A DNA stretch of 64,000 nt. Source: Gammaproteobacteria bacterium (GTDB taxonomy: Bacteria > Pseudomonadota > Gammaproteobacteria > Eutrophobiales > Eutrophobiaceae). The notes under the pieces are model-generated. The model was not told the origin of the DNA. It worked only from the letters and a program-made list of their open reading frames with translations, and made no database searches. The position numbers and the translations under genes were made by a program. The stretch is taken from the NCBI GenBank assembly GCA_040905045.1, contig JBBDSH010000091.1:1995-65994 (forward strand), given 5' to 3'. Shown here in pieces: positions 39,630 through 47,924 of this stretch; positions within the stretch are counted from its first letter, which is position 1, and the number at the start of each line of letters is the position of its first letter.

Positions 39630-39735
39630 GCCGAGACCGCAAAGGAATCATGGATTTTTACCTCTTTGCGAGCTTGGCGTGCTTGGCGAGATCCACCATT
39701 ACCCTTCCAGACGCCCACGAATTTTTCTGAAGAGC
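39614..39735. repeat. 9-mer-array hairpin element, copy A3 (best preserved)
   Basis: GGATCTCGCCAAGCACGCCGAGACCGCAAAGG (39614-39645), a loop of about 16 nt, then CCTCTTTGCGAGCTTGGCGTGCTTGGCGAGATCC (39661-39694). The arms are near-perfect complements of about 32 nt. The tail ACCATTACCCTTCCAGAC is shared with A2. Confidence 0.8.
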
Positions 39736-39800
39736 CATAATTCATGATAATCCATGACTCGTGAAGGTATCGGAATAGTACCACTTTCCGGTCCGGGTTC

Positions 39801-41288
39801 TCACTGCAAGTCCACCGGAAAAACGGAAATATCAATATTCCACACCAGCGGCACAATCAGCAATACCGCGGCGGAGATCAATAATATGCCGATCAGATTC
39901 AGCCAGATACCGATCTTCATCATCTGCTGTATGGTGACCTGACGGCTGCCGAAGACGATGGCATTGGGCGGCGTTGCCACCGGCAGCATAAAGGCGTAGG
40001 ACGCGGCAATAGTCGCGGCAATCATCAGACTGAAAGGATGAACCTGCATGGCGGCGGCCAGGGCGGCCATAACAGGCAGAATGATGGTGGCCGTGGCGGT
40101 ATTGGAGGTAATCTCCGTCAGGAAAGTGACCAGGGCGGCTGCAGCCAGAACCATGAACACAATGCTGGTGCCTTCCAGTACGGTCAGCCGGCCGGCGATG
40201 AAATCGGTAAGACCGCTTTGTGAAAAACCCTGGGCCAGGGCAAAACCGCCGCCGAACAGGATCAGGATATCCCAGGGAATAGTAATGGCCGTCTGCCAGT
40301 CCAGCAGAAATTCTCTCTTTTGCCAGTTGGAAGGGATAACGAATAACAGGATGGCTCCGCCCATGGCAATGGTGGAGTCCTGCACATACTCGAACAACGG
40401 CATAGCCGTCAGGCCGCGCAGGATCCAGAGCCCCGCAACCAGGACAAATACCGTCAATACCGCCTTTTCCTGATAACTGACACGCCCGAGTTCCGTGATT
40501 TCGCACTCAATGGTTTCCCTGCCGCCGGGCAGGTGCTTGATCCCGCTGCGGAACAGGACATGGGTTAACAGGAACCATGTAATGAACAACATGACAACCG
40601 ACAATGGCAATGCGAAGGTCATCCAGTCCACCAGATTGATGGTGATGCCGTAGGTCTTTTCCACGACACCCGCGAAAATGGCGTTGGGCGGCGTGCCAAT
40701 CAGCGTTGCGACGCCACCGATGGAAGCGGCATAGCCGATACCCAGCATTAGTGCGGTACCAAAACGGAAATGTCCCGCTTCCGTGTCCAATTTCAGTTCG
40801 GGATCGGACTTGATGCCGTTCGCCACCCGGCTCACTACCGCCAGGGCGATGGTCAACATCATCATGGTCGTGGCTGTGTTGCTGATCCACATGGACAGGA
40901 ACCAGGTGGAAAGCATGAAGCCAAAAATGATGCGGTTTGGTGTAACGCCGATAAGCCGGATGGTATACAGAGCGATGCGGCGATGCAGATTCCACTTCTC
41001 CATGGTAACGGCGATAAGAAACCCGCCCATGAAAAGATAAATAAGATGGTTGGCATAGGACAGCGTTACCACGCCGCCTTCCATAATGCCCAGGATCGGA
41101 AAGAGAAATATGGGCAACAGGGCCGTGGCGGGTATGGGAATGGCCTCGGTGATCCACCAGACGGCCATGAGTGCGGCGACGGCCGCCACATTCATGGCCG
41201 CCGGGGACATACCCTCCGGTTCGGGCAATAACAGCAACAAAAGAAAAAACAGCGGTCCCAGGATCAATCCGAGTGTATTCCGGTTCAT
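39801..41288 (-). CDS. DASS/SLC13-family anion:sodium symporter
   Basis: Polytopic protein with the typical N-terminus (AAVAALMAVWWITEAIPIPATALLP). ATG 41288 was chosen because it forms an ATGA overlap with the upstream stop. Confidence 0.8.
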   Translation of the reverse strand: MNRNTLGLILGPLFFLLLLLLPEPEGMSPAAMNVAAVAALMAVWWITEAIPIPATALLPIFLFPILGIMEGGVVTLSYANHLIYLFMGGFLIAVTMEKWNLHRRIALYTIRLIGVTPNRIIFGFMLSTWFLSMWISNTATTMMMLTIALAVVSRVANGIKSDPELKLDTEAGHFRFGTALMLGIGYAASIGGVATLIGTPPNAIFAGVVEKTYGITINLVDWMTFALPLSVVMLFITWFLLTHVLFRSGIKHLPGGRETIECEITELGRVSYQEKAVLTVFVLVAGLWILRGLTAMPLFEYVQDSTIAMGGAILLFVIPSNWQKREFLLDWQTAITIPWDILILFGGGFALAQGFSQSGLTDFIAGRLTVLEGTSIVFMVLAAAALVTFLTEITSNTATATIILPVMAALAAAMQVHPFSLMIAATIAASYAFMLPVATPPNAIVFGSRQVTIQQMMKIGIWLNLIGILLISAAVLLIVPLVWNIDISVFPVDLQ

Positions 41289-41878
41289 TGCCTTACCCAG
41301 CAAAGAATTTGATTATTGGCCGGCATCACGTGACGACTTCGAAAATGCATCCCTGCATCCCGTGCCAGTCGATCCAGGTCTTCGAAATTACGCAGGCCGC
41401 TGCCGGGATCACGGGACCGCAACATGCCGTCGAAACGCTCGTTGCTGTCGCTTGTATAACGATTATAGAAATTAAAGGGTCCGTACAACAAGAATAATCC
41501 GTCTTTTTCCAATAACCGGCCGACACCTGCAAACATGGCCTCGACCTCATGCCAGTGCATGATATGGGCGGTATTGGCGGAGAAGACGGCGTCCACATCC
41601 ATACAGGGCCAGGGCTCCTGCATGACATCAAGTACCAGCGGCGGCCGCGTATTGGGCAGATCCGCTTCCTCCAGCCAGAGATTGATACCGGCATGATGCT
41701 CGGGGGTATCGCTGGTGTGCCAGACAAGGTGCGGCATCCGCTCGGCGAAATATACCGCATGCTGGCCTGTCCCGCTGCCGATCTCCAGAACCGCCGCCGC
41801 CCTCTGCAGCATGGGCACGATGACCTGGAGGATCGGCTCCCGGTTATTGTCGCAGGCGGGGCTGTAAGGCTTGTTCAT
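41285..41878 (-). CDS. DUF938-family SAM-dependent methyltransferase-like protein
   Basis: 197 aa. NREPILQV, LEIGSGTGQHAVYFA, ANTAHIMHW, LYGPF and MPANNQIL are characteristic of DUF938. Confidence 0.7.
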   Translation of the reverse strand: MNKPYSPACDNNREPILQVIVPMLQRAAAVLEIGSGTGQHAVYFAERMPHLVWHTSDTPEHHAGINLWLEEADLPNTRPPLVLDVMQEPWPCMDVDAVFSANTAHIMHWHEVEAMFAGVGRLLEKDGLFLLYGPFNFYNRYTSDSNERFDGMLRSRDPGSGLRNFEDLDRLARDAGMHFRSRHVMPANNQILCWVRQ

Positions 41879-42297
41879 GAATGATTAACCGGGGGTTTTC
41901 CGCGCAGCTGTTTGGTACGCCCGCGCCTAGTCTTGCTCTCCAGACGCCTGCGCTTCGCGGCCCGTGTCGGTTTTGTGGGTTTACGCGGCTTACGGGTAAC
42001 CAGTGTCTCGCGCACAAGTTCACCCAACCGATCCAGCGCCGCCTGCCGGTTGCGTTCACGGCTGCGGTACTCCTGGGCCTTAATAACCACGACACCGTCG
42101 GCGGTAATCCGCTGATCCTGCAGTTTCAACAGTCGGTGTTTAATGTAGTCCGGCAGACTCGAAGCCCTGATGTCGAAACGCAAATGGATGGCGGATGCCA
42201 CCTTGTTGACGTTCTGTCCCCCGGCACCCCGGGATCGGATCGCCTCCAGTTCGATCTCATCCTCATGAATCTGTATACCGCCATTGATTTTCAACAT
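41875..42297 (-). CDS. arfB: alternative ribosome-rescue factor ArfB (peptidyl-tRNA hydrolase, YaeJ)
   Basis: 140 aa. It has the GGQ motif (RSRGAGGQNVNKV) and a basic C-terminal tail. Confidence 0.85.
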   Translation of the reverse strand: MLKINGGIQIHEDEIELEAIRSRGAGGQNVNKVASAIHLRFDIRASSLPDYIKHRLLKLQDQRITADGVVVIKAQEYRSRERNRQAALDRLGELVRETLVTRKPRKPTKPTRAAKRRRLESKTRRGRTKQLRGKPPVNHS

Positions 42298-42298
42298 C

Positions 42299-42904
42299 TC
42301 AATCGAACAGGTTCCGCGGGAATGAGGGACGCTCCGTCAATCGCCCGAGATAGCCGGATAATCCCGGAAAATCCCGGAGCAGCTTGAGACTGTCGGCCCA
42401 GAGCAAATTATAACCGACGATAATATCCGCTGCGCTAAAGCCCGTATCAAGGATATATCCCACTTTCCCGATATGACTATCCAGGCATCTCACGTTGGAC
42501 AAATATTCCTCCCGCGCCAGATCGATGGCCGCCCGTGAACGTTTCTGCTTGGGATAAATCAACATATGCTTGCGCATGGACCACAGGACAGGTTCCAGTT
42601 CCGCCATGCAGAAAAATATCCACTGATAATAATAACCACGCTGTATGGAACCGGAATCGGGTATCAGTCTGCCGCCGGCGTATTTCTCCGCCAGCCAGGT
42701 ACAGATTGCCGCGGACTCGGTGATAACGATTCCGTCGTCAACCAGCACCGGCACCTTGCCGTAGGGATTAACCGAGAGAAACCCGTCACTGAATTGTTCA
42801 CCCGCCGGCAGATCCACCGTAACCGACTCGTAATCGAGCTCAAGTTCCGCCAACAGCCACTGTACACGCGTCGAACGCGATTTTGGGTATTCATACAGTC
42901 TCAT
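42299..42904 (-). CDS. glutathione S-transferase family protein
   Basis: 201 aa. The N-terminal thioredoxin-like GST domain contains NPYGKVPVL and ITESAAI. Confidence 0.8.
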   Translation of the reverse strand: MRLYEYPKSRSTRVQWLLAELELDYESVTVDLPAGEQFSDGFLSVNPYGKVPVLVDDGIVITESAAICTWLAEKYAGGRLIPDSGSIQRGYYYQWIFFCMAELEPVLWSMRKHMLIYPKQKRSRAAIDLAREEYLSNVRCLDSHIGKVGYILDTGFSAADIIVGYNLLWADSLKLLRDFPGLSGYLGRLTERPSFPRNLFD

Positions 42905-42942
42905 TATCTTTCCTTAAGGCCGCTCCCCCGGAAGTATCCCTC

Positions 42943-43821
42943 TTAATATAAATCCGTCAAAATTTCGGAATCGCGGAATTCGTTAATGGTGGTATCGAAA
43001 GTCTGTTTCATAATCTCATCCAGAGGCTGTTCGCGCAGATCCCGGTTAAGGACTTCGATGCCCCATGGACCCTTGTAATCGAAACGATCCATAAGATCGA
43101 TAAACCCACGGATATCGAATTCTCCCTGCCCGCACAGGAGGCGGTGATTTACCGTCGCGTCCAGCAGGTCTTCGGGCACAGCGGCCGGCCCGTCGTTCAA
43201 TTCCACCCCGAAGAAATCATCGCGGCTTAACTTGCTTTCGATCTCCGCAAAGGAAATACCCAGCATATAAACATGCCAGAGATCGAAAATGAAACCGCCG
43301 TTCGCGGCACCCGCGCCCCGGCACAGCGTCAAGGTATCGTCAAGAGTGCTGATAATGGAGGACGGCATAAATTCAAACAGAACTCCGGTACCGTGATCGG
43401 CTGCCTGACGGCAGAGCACGGAAAATTCCTGTATGAGTTTTTGCATGGGACAGCTTTCGCCGGAGAAATCGCCAACCTTGATATGCCTTGCACCCAGGGC
43501 TTCGGCGGTATCCAGGAGCATTTTCCGGTTCCGGTCGGATAGCCGTCGCCGCTCCGGTTCGTCGATAAACCAGTCGGTCAGAAATTCCAGTTCCACGTGC
43601 TGAATGCCGTTGTCATCGAGGATCTGCCGCATTTCTTCCAGCGTGCGCGTTTTCAGGGTATGTTCCAGATCGGCGTGCCAGAACCCCATCCCCGTGAAAC
43701 CGACCCGGCCGGCGGCCTCGACACGTTCCTTGAAATCAAACACGCTGTATTCATGGTCGGTGTGGGGATACGCCCCGCCGGCAAGTGTCCAGTAGGATCC
43801 CAGTATGTCAACTTCTCTCAC
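42943..43821 (-). CDS. sugar phosphate isomerase/epimerase (xylose-isomerase-like TIM barrel)
   Basis: 292 aa. The layout fits the AP-endonuclease-2/TIM barrel family (GFTGMGFWHADLE, HVELEFL and HIKVGDF). Confidence 0.7.
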   Translation of the reverse strand: MREVDILGSYWTLAGGAYPHTDHEYSVFDFKERVEAAGRVGFTGMGFWHADLEHTLKTRTLEEMRQILDDNGIQHVELEFLTDWFIDEPERRRLSDRNRKMLLDTAEALGARHIKVGDFSGESCPMQKLIQEFSVLCRQAADHGTGVLFEFMPSSIISTLDDTLTLCRGAGAANGGFIFDLWHVYMLGISFAEIESKLSRDDFFGVELNDGPAAVPEDLLDATVNHRLLCGQGEFDIRGFIDLMDRFDYKGPWGIEVLNRDLREQPLDEIMKQTFDTTINEFRDSEILTDLY

Positions 43822-44026
43822 GGTTTACATCACTCTGTATAATCGATACATGTACAACCCTTTCTCTTGCAAAGGGAATTGGGACACAGATATATAACAT
43901 ACAGAAGTATGCCAATCCAGGAACCTGACACGATGATGACACATATCGGCTTTATTCCGCTCCGCATTACCATTATAGTCACAACACTCGAATGAACCGG
44001 AAATTGTAATAAAGGAGGCAAGAATC

Positions 44027-44659
44027 ATGTTAACCATCTACGGTCATCCGCTGTCTTCTCCCACCAACAAGGTACGCATGGGCGCCAATGCGGCGGGACT
44101 TGAATACGATTTTGTTTTTATTGACCTGGCTGAAGGTGAACAGAAATCCGAAAAATACCTTGCCATTAATCCGGTGGGGCAGGTTCCCGCTATTGACGAT
44201 GACGGCTTCACACTGTTTGAAAGCAATGCCATCAATAAATACTTTGCCCGCAAGGCGCAATCGGGATTGTATCCAAATAATCACCGGGGCCAGGCACTGG
44301 TCGATCAGTGGACCGATTTCGTCACCAATCTTGTCGGTGCCGGCTATACGCGCCTGCTCTTCAACAAGATTATTGCCCCGCAGGTCGGTGCTCCGGTCAA
44401 CGACAATGCCATACGCGAAGGTGAAGAAATGGTCAGTCGCGCCTTCCCCATTGTTGAAAAACAATTAACCCGCTCGCCTTTTCTTGCCGGAGAGGAACTT
44501 ACGCTGGCGGATATCGCCCTGCTGGCAACCGTCGATCCCAGTGAGGTCATCGAGATGGATCTCGCCCCGCACCCGAAACTGAATGACTGGCGTGAGGCTC
44601 TGCGCAAGCATGAATTTTACACCCGCGTGCATAATTATTTCGGTGAAGGAGTATTGTAA
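44027..44659 (+). CDS. glutathione S-transferase
   Basis: 210 aa. LAINPVGQVPAIDDDGFTLFESNAI is present, and AAGGAGG lies 7 nt upstream of the ATG. Confidence 0.85.
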   Translation: MLTIYGHPLSSPTNKVRMGANAAGLEYDFVFIDLAEGEQKSEKYLAINPVGQVPAIDDDGFTLFESNAINKYFARKAQSGLYPNNHRGQALVDQWTDFVTNLVGAGYTRLLFNKIIAPQVGAPVNDNAIREGEEMVSRAFPIVEKQLTRSPFLAGEELTLADIALLATVDPSEVIEMDLAPHPKLNDWREALRKHEFYTRVHNYFGEGVL

Positions 44660-44686
44660 ATGCGTAACCGATTTGAAGTTACAGTC

Positions 44687-45262
44687 ATGAAACTAAGATC
44701 CCTGTCCGGTTTATTGATAATCATGGCGGTTACAGCGGGCTGTGCGCTGAGCCCCCAGGTCGTGGACATTCGGCCGGAGGTTACAACCGCACCGGCCGAA
44801 GATCGTAAGGCTGAAGCGGCTCTCGGCCTGGAAGTGGCTGATATCCGCGAAAGCCCGATCCTGGGCAAGCGCGACGGCGTTTATAAAGAAACCGCAACCA
44901 TCAGTACGGAGGGGGATATCACCCGACCGATACGGGAGAGCCTGTCCGGAGCATTGGAGAATATGGGCTATCGACTGGTCGAAGACGGTTCGGCACAACC
45001 GTTGAAAGTGGAGATCGTCGCGCTTGAATACGGGGTAGATAAAGAGAAAGTGACCCGTAGTATTAAAACATACGCCGCAATTAATGCTGCCTATCGAAAG
45101 GGAGACAGGACTTACCACAACACCTACAAAGTGACACGAACCAAAAAGATGCTGACCGCACCGGGCATGGAAGAGAATCAAACGCTGATTAACGAGACAC
45201 TGGCGGCAGCATTACAACAAATGCTGCGTGACGGGGAACTATTCGGGTTGATTGGCGAATAG
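44687..45262 (+). CDS. YajG-like outer-membrane lipoprotein
   Basis: It has a signal peptide with the lipobox AVTAGC. Length and layout resemble E. coli YajG. The track start at 44660 sits upstream of the more likely ATG 44687. Confidence 0.55.
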   Translation: MKLRSLSGLLIIMAVTAGCALSPQVVDIRPEVTTAPAEDRKAEAALGLEVADIRESPILGKRDGVYKETATISTEGDITRPIRESLSGALENMGYRLVEDGSAQPLKVEIVALEYGVDKEKVTRSIKTYAAINAAYRKGDRTYHNTYKVTRTKKMLTAPGMEENQTLINETLAAALQQMLRDGELFGLIGE

Positions 45263-45287
45263 GCGAAGGAACCCGGAGGATCGGATA

Positions 45288-45908
45288 TCACATGGTTTGA
45301 TGTTCGCCGTTGACCGGTTTGCGCCAGGTATAAACCCGCATCGGCGGTGCATTAAACAGCGCCATGTTCACATCCGGCCGGCCCAGCAACTCACTGCCGA
45401 TATCCGCCACCTGCCCGCGGAATTGATAAGCGACGAAACGACCGCCCGGGGCAAGCGATGCCCATACCGCACGGATAATATTCCGGCCTGTTTCCCAGGG
45501 CATGGTCGAGAACGGAATTCCCGATATCACCACATCCGGGCGCGGAAGACCGTAGTGCAGAAGGATTTTCTCGATATCCAGGGCGCTGCCGCAGTGATTG
45601 ATAAGGCGCCTGTCACTGATTTCATCAAGCAGGGGAATAAATTCAGCTTCCAGCTCGATATTCAGGAGCGTGGAGTCTTTCGGCAAAACCCGCAGAAAGG
45701 CGCGGCTGGTGCCGCCGGTGCCGGGCCCCAGTTCTACCGCCACCCCGGCCTGTTCCAGGCGGGCCGCCTCGATGACCCGGTTTTCCAGATAACGGGAACT
45801 CGGGATAATGGAGCCTACCTGTTCGGGATTGCGCAGGAATCCCCTGAAAAATGCAAGACCGTTAGTCCTGCGCAACGATTCTGGTCGTATTTCGCTTTTT
45901 TCGCTCAC
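45288..45908 (-). CDS. class I SAM-dependent methyltransferase (phospholipid/rRNA-adenine methyltransferase-like)
   Basis: 206 aa. The motif I sequence VELGPGTGGTS follows an IIPSSRYL segment. Confidence 0.7.
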   Translation of the reverse strand: MSEKSEIRPESLRRTNGLAFFRGFLRNPEQVGSIIPSSRYLENRVIEAARLEQAGVAVELGPGTGGTSRAFLRVLPKDSTLLNIELEAEFIPLLDEISDRRLINHCGSALDIEKILLHYGLPRPDVVISGIPFSTMPWETGRNIIRAVWASLAPGGRFVAYQFRGQVADIGSELLGRPDVNMALFNAPPMRVYTWRKPVNGEHQTM

Positions 45909-46100
45909 GGGAACAGCTCCTTGCCAGTTTATTGTTTCTGTTAACAGACATGATATGGCCGGAATAACAAGCGGTAGTCCGGCTCCGGCAATGCCGAAAC
46001 TGTACTGCTTTTTCAGCAGATATCAACCCCGAAGTCCGGGTCAACGGGATTGGAAACCCGCCCGTTAGCCGTGCAAATGGTGCCATTACGCCGTATAAAC

Positions 46101-46283
46101 CTACCTTTTCGCCATTGCATCAAGAAACTCGTCTGTCGTATTGGCATGGGGAAACGGTTCATCCGGAACCGGCAGCCCCAGCGCCCGGCATAGCGGTTCC
46201 CAGCCGTCCCCGGCACGCCATTCCAGCAAACGTTCCGGCGGAACACCCCGTCTGACTGCATCATTATCGTATGAAAACATCAT
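46101..46283 (-). pseudogene. C-terminal remnant of a sulfotransferase-family protein
   Basis: The 60-aa ORF VPPERLLEWRAGDGWEPLCRALGLPVPDEPFPHANTTDEF matches only the conserved C-terminal block of bacterial sulfotransferase-4-type proteins. There is no room for the N-terminal part of about 150 aa. Confidence 0.4.
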
Positions 46284-46291
46284 TCATCGGA

Positions 46292-47095
46292 TTAGAAAAA
46301 AACCAGTGTACGCACTTCTATGCTCTGGCGCGGAGGCGCATCAGGCAGCGTGGACGGATCATCGAAGGCGCCGTGGGCGGTATACCGGGCACGGCCGTCA
46401 TCAAGGGAATCATACACCTTGAATACCAGCGCCTCGTCCGCCTGCATTTCCGGAAAATAATACCATTCGTGTTCCGGGTTATAAGCAAGATGATAAATCT
46501 CGCCTGTACGATGTTCGTATACCAGCTCGGTCAGGATCAAATCTTCCGTGCTTATACTGGCCGCGTTACACAAGGCCAGTGGTGATCGTATCGCCGGCAC
46601 GTTAACCGGTCTCCACACCTGTACAATCTGGAAACGGTGTTTCAGCAGTTCGTCGGCTTCATCGGGCAACAGATCGCGGACGCGCTGCGGTGCCGAATTC
46701 TCCGTGTAGTCATTATGCACCGCTATCACCGGTTCACGGATCTTTTTCTCCTGCCGCATCAGTTCATCACCGGCGCGCAGGGTATGATCGAACACGACTA
46801 CCCGCGAACCGCCGGTAATACGCCTGACCAGTTGCTTCACTTCCGGATAGTAGACATTCTCCAGCTCGTCCCGGTCAAAGAAATCCTTTACCAGAGTCTC
46901 ATGCCGAACGAATACAAAACCGTCCCGGTCGAGCAAAAAACTGTCCGCCAGCGGCCGGCCGTTATGAATAGTAACGGACCTTTCCTCGAAACGGCTGTCG
47001 TCGTATTCGAGCCGGATGCCCCTGCGCAACACTCGGGAACGCCTGCCGCTCGTATTGACGCCGTATCGGAGGGAAGCCTGTACGCCGCTGCTCAT
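46292..47095 (-). CDS. CmcJ/NvfI-family oxidoreductase-like protein
   Basis: 267 aa. VVFDHTLR, VHNDYTENSAP, IVQVWRPV, PLALCNAASI, WYYFPEM and SIEVR follow the family pattern as I remember it. Confidence 0.55.
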   Translation of the reverse strand: MSSGVQASLRYGVNTSGRRSRVLRRGIRLEYDDSRFEERSVTIHNGRPLADSFLLDRDGFVFVRHETLVKDFFDRDELENVYYPEVKQLVRRITGGSRVVVFDHTLRAGDELMRQEKKIREPVIAVHNDYTENSAPQRVRDLLPDEADELLKHRFQIVQVWRPVNVPAIRSPLALCNAASISTEDLILTELVYEHRTGEIYHLAYNPEHEWYYFPEMQADEALVFKVYDSLDDGRARYTAHGAFDDPSTLPDAPPRQSIEVRTLVFF

Positions 47096-47104
47096 TGCGC
47101 TCTT

Positions 47105-47878
47105 TCACAGAATCCGGGACGGTGCCGGAAACGGCGGGGAATTGGGAAACAGCGGCGGCTTGTCATGACCTCCCGCAGTGACGGGAAACCATATGGAATA
47201 AATGAAGCTGGTACGGTCGAAAATCTTTTTCACTCCCGGTTTTTCCAGTGTATGTCCGATGCTCGGCTGTGCCGCCAGCGCCGCAAGTCGGCGTATGCCG
47301 GTCTCCGGGGATTCGCCCGCGGCACTCTTTGACGGCGCCGTGCTAACGATGGATATTTCACGCCGGCCGGCATCGTATAGCAGCCAGGCCGAGGACAATC
47401 CTGCGCCGGCAGCATGTTCCCGTATTGCCGGCCAGGCCTGATCCGGACTATCGAACTTCGCTCCGGCATCGAATTGCCATTCCTCAATCCGCATCAAACC
47501 CTGTTGCGTAAAAAGATCCCGGAAATTCTCCGCCGCGATGACCCGCCATACCTTGGCGGAGCATTCCTGAAACATGGGCCTGTCCGGGAAACGCACGCCG
47601 TCCAGTTCAAAATCGTTCGCCACCCAGGAGGCGAACTGTTCGGCATTGGATACAGTATCGAACAGATAGGCACCGCCGCTGAGAACCGTATCCGTTCCCG
47701 GTTGCGCCAGTATGGGCAGGAGTTTCTGATGCATGCCGGGCCGGGCCGCCATCAATACCCGGTCTCTCTCAATGACATCCGGTACCTGATCGGCGGGAAC
47801 CGCGTTCGTGAGCGTCAACCGATCCGTCACGCAGCCTTCCACCGGTACGGTGCCGATACCGAATCCGTCCGTCGTCAT
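47105..47878 (-). CDS. hypothetical protein
   Basis: 257-aa ORF lying 9 nt upstream of the CmcJ-like gene. I recognise no family. Confidence 0.4.
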   Translation of the reverse strand: MTTDGFGIGTVPVEGCVTDRLTLTNAVPADQVPDVIERDRVLMAARPGMHQKLLPILAQPGTDTVLSGGAYLFDTVSNAEQFASWVANDFELDGVRFPDRPMFQECSAKVWRVIAAENFRDLFTQQGLMRIEEWQFDAGAKFDSPDQAWPAIREHAAGAGLSSAWLLYDAGRREISIVSTAPSKSAAGESPETGIRRLAALAAQPSIGHTLEKPGVKKIFDRTSFIYSIWFPVTAGGHDKPPLFPNSPPFPAPSRIL

Positions 47879-47924
47879 TTTTTGTCCCCTCCCGCCGTGA
47901 AAATCTGATTTTTAATCTTTTTCA

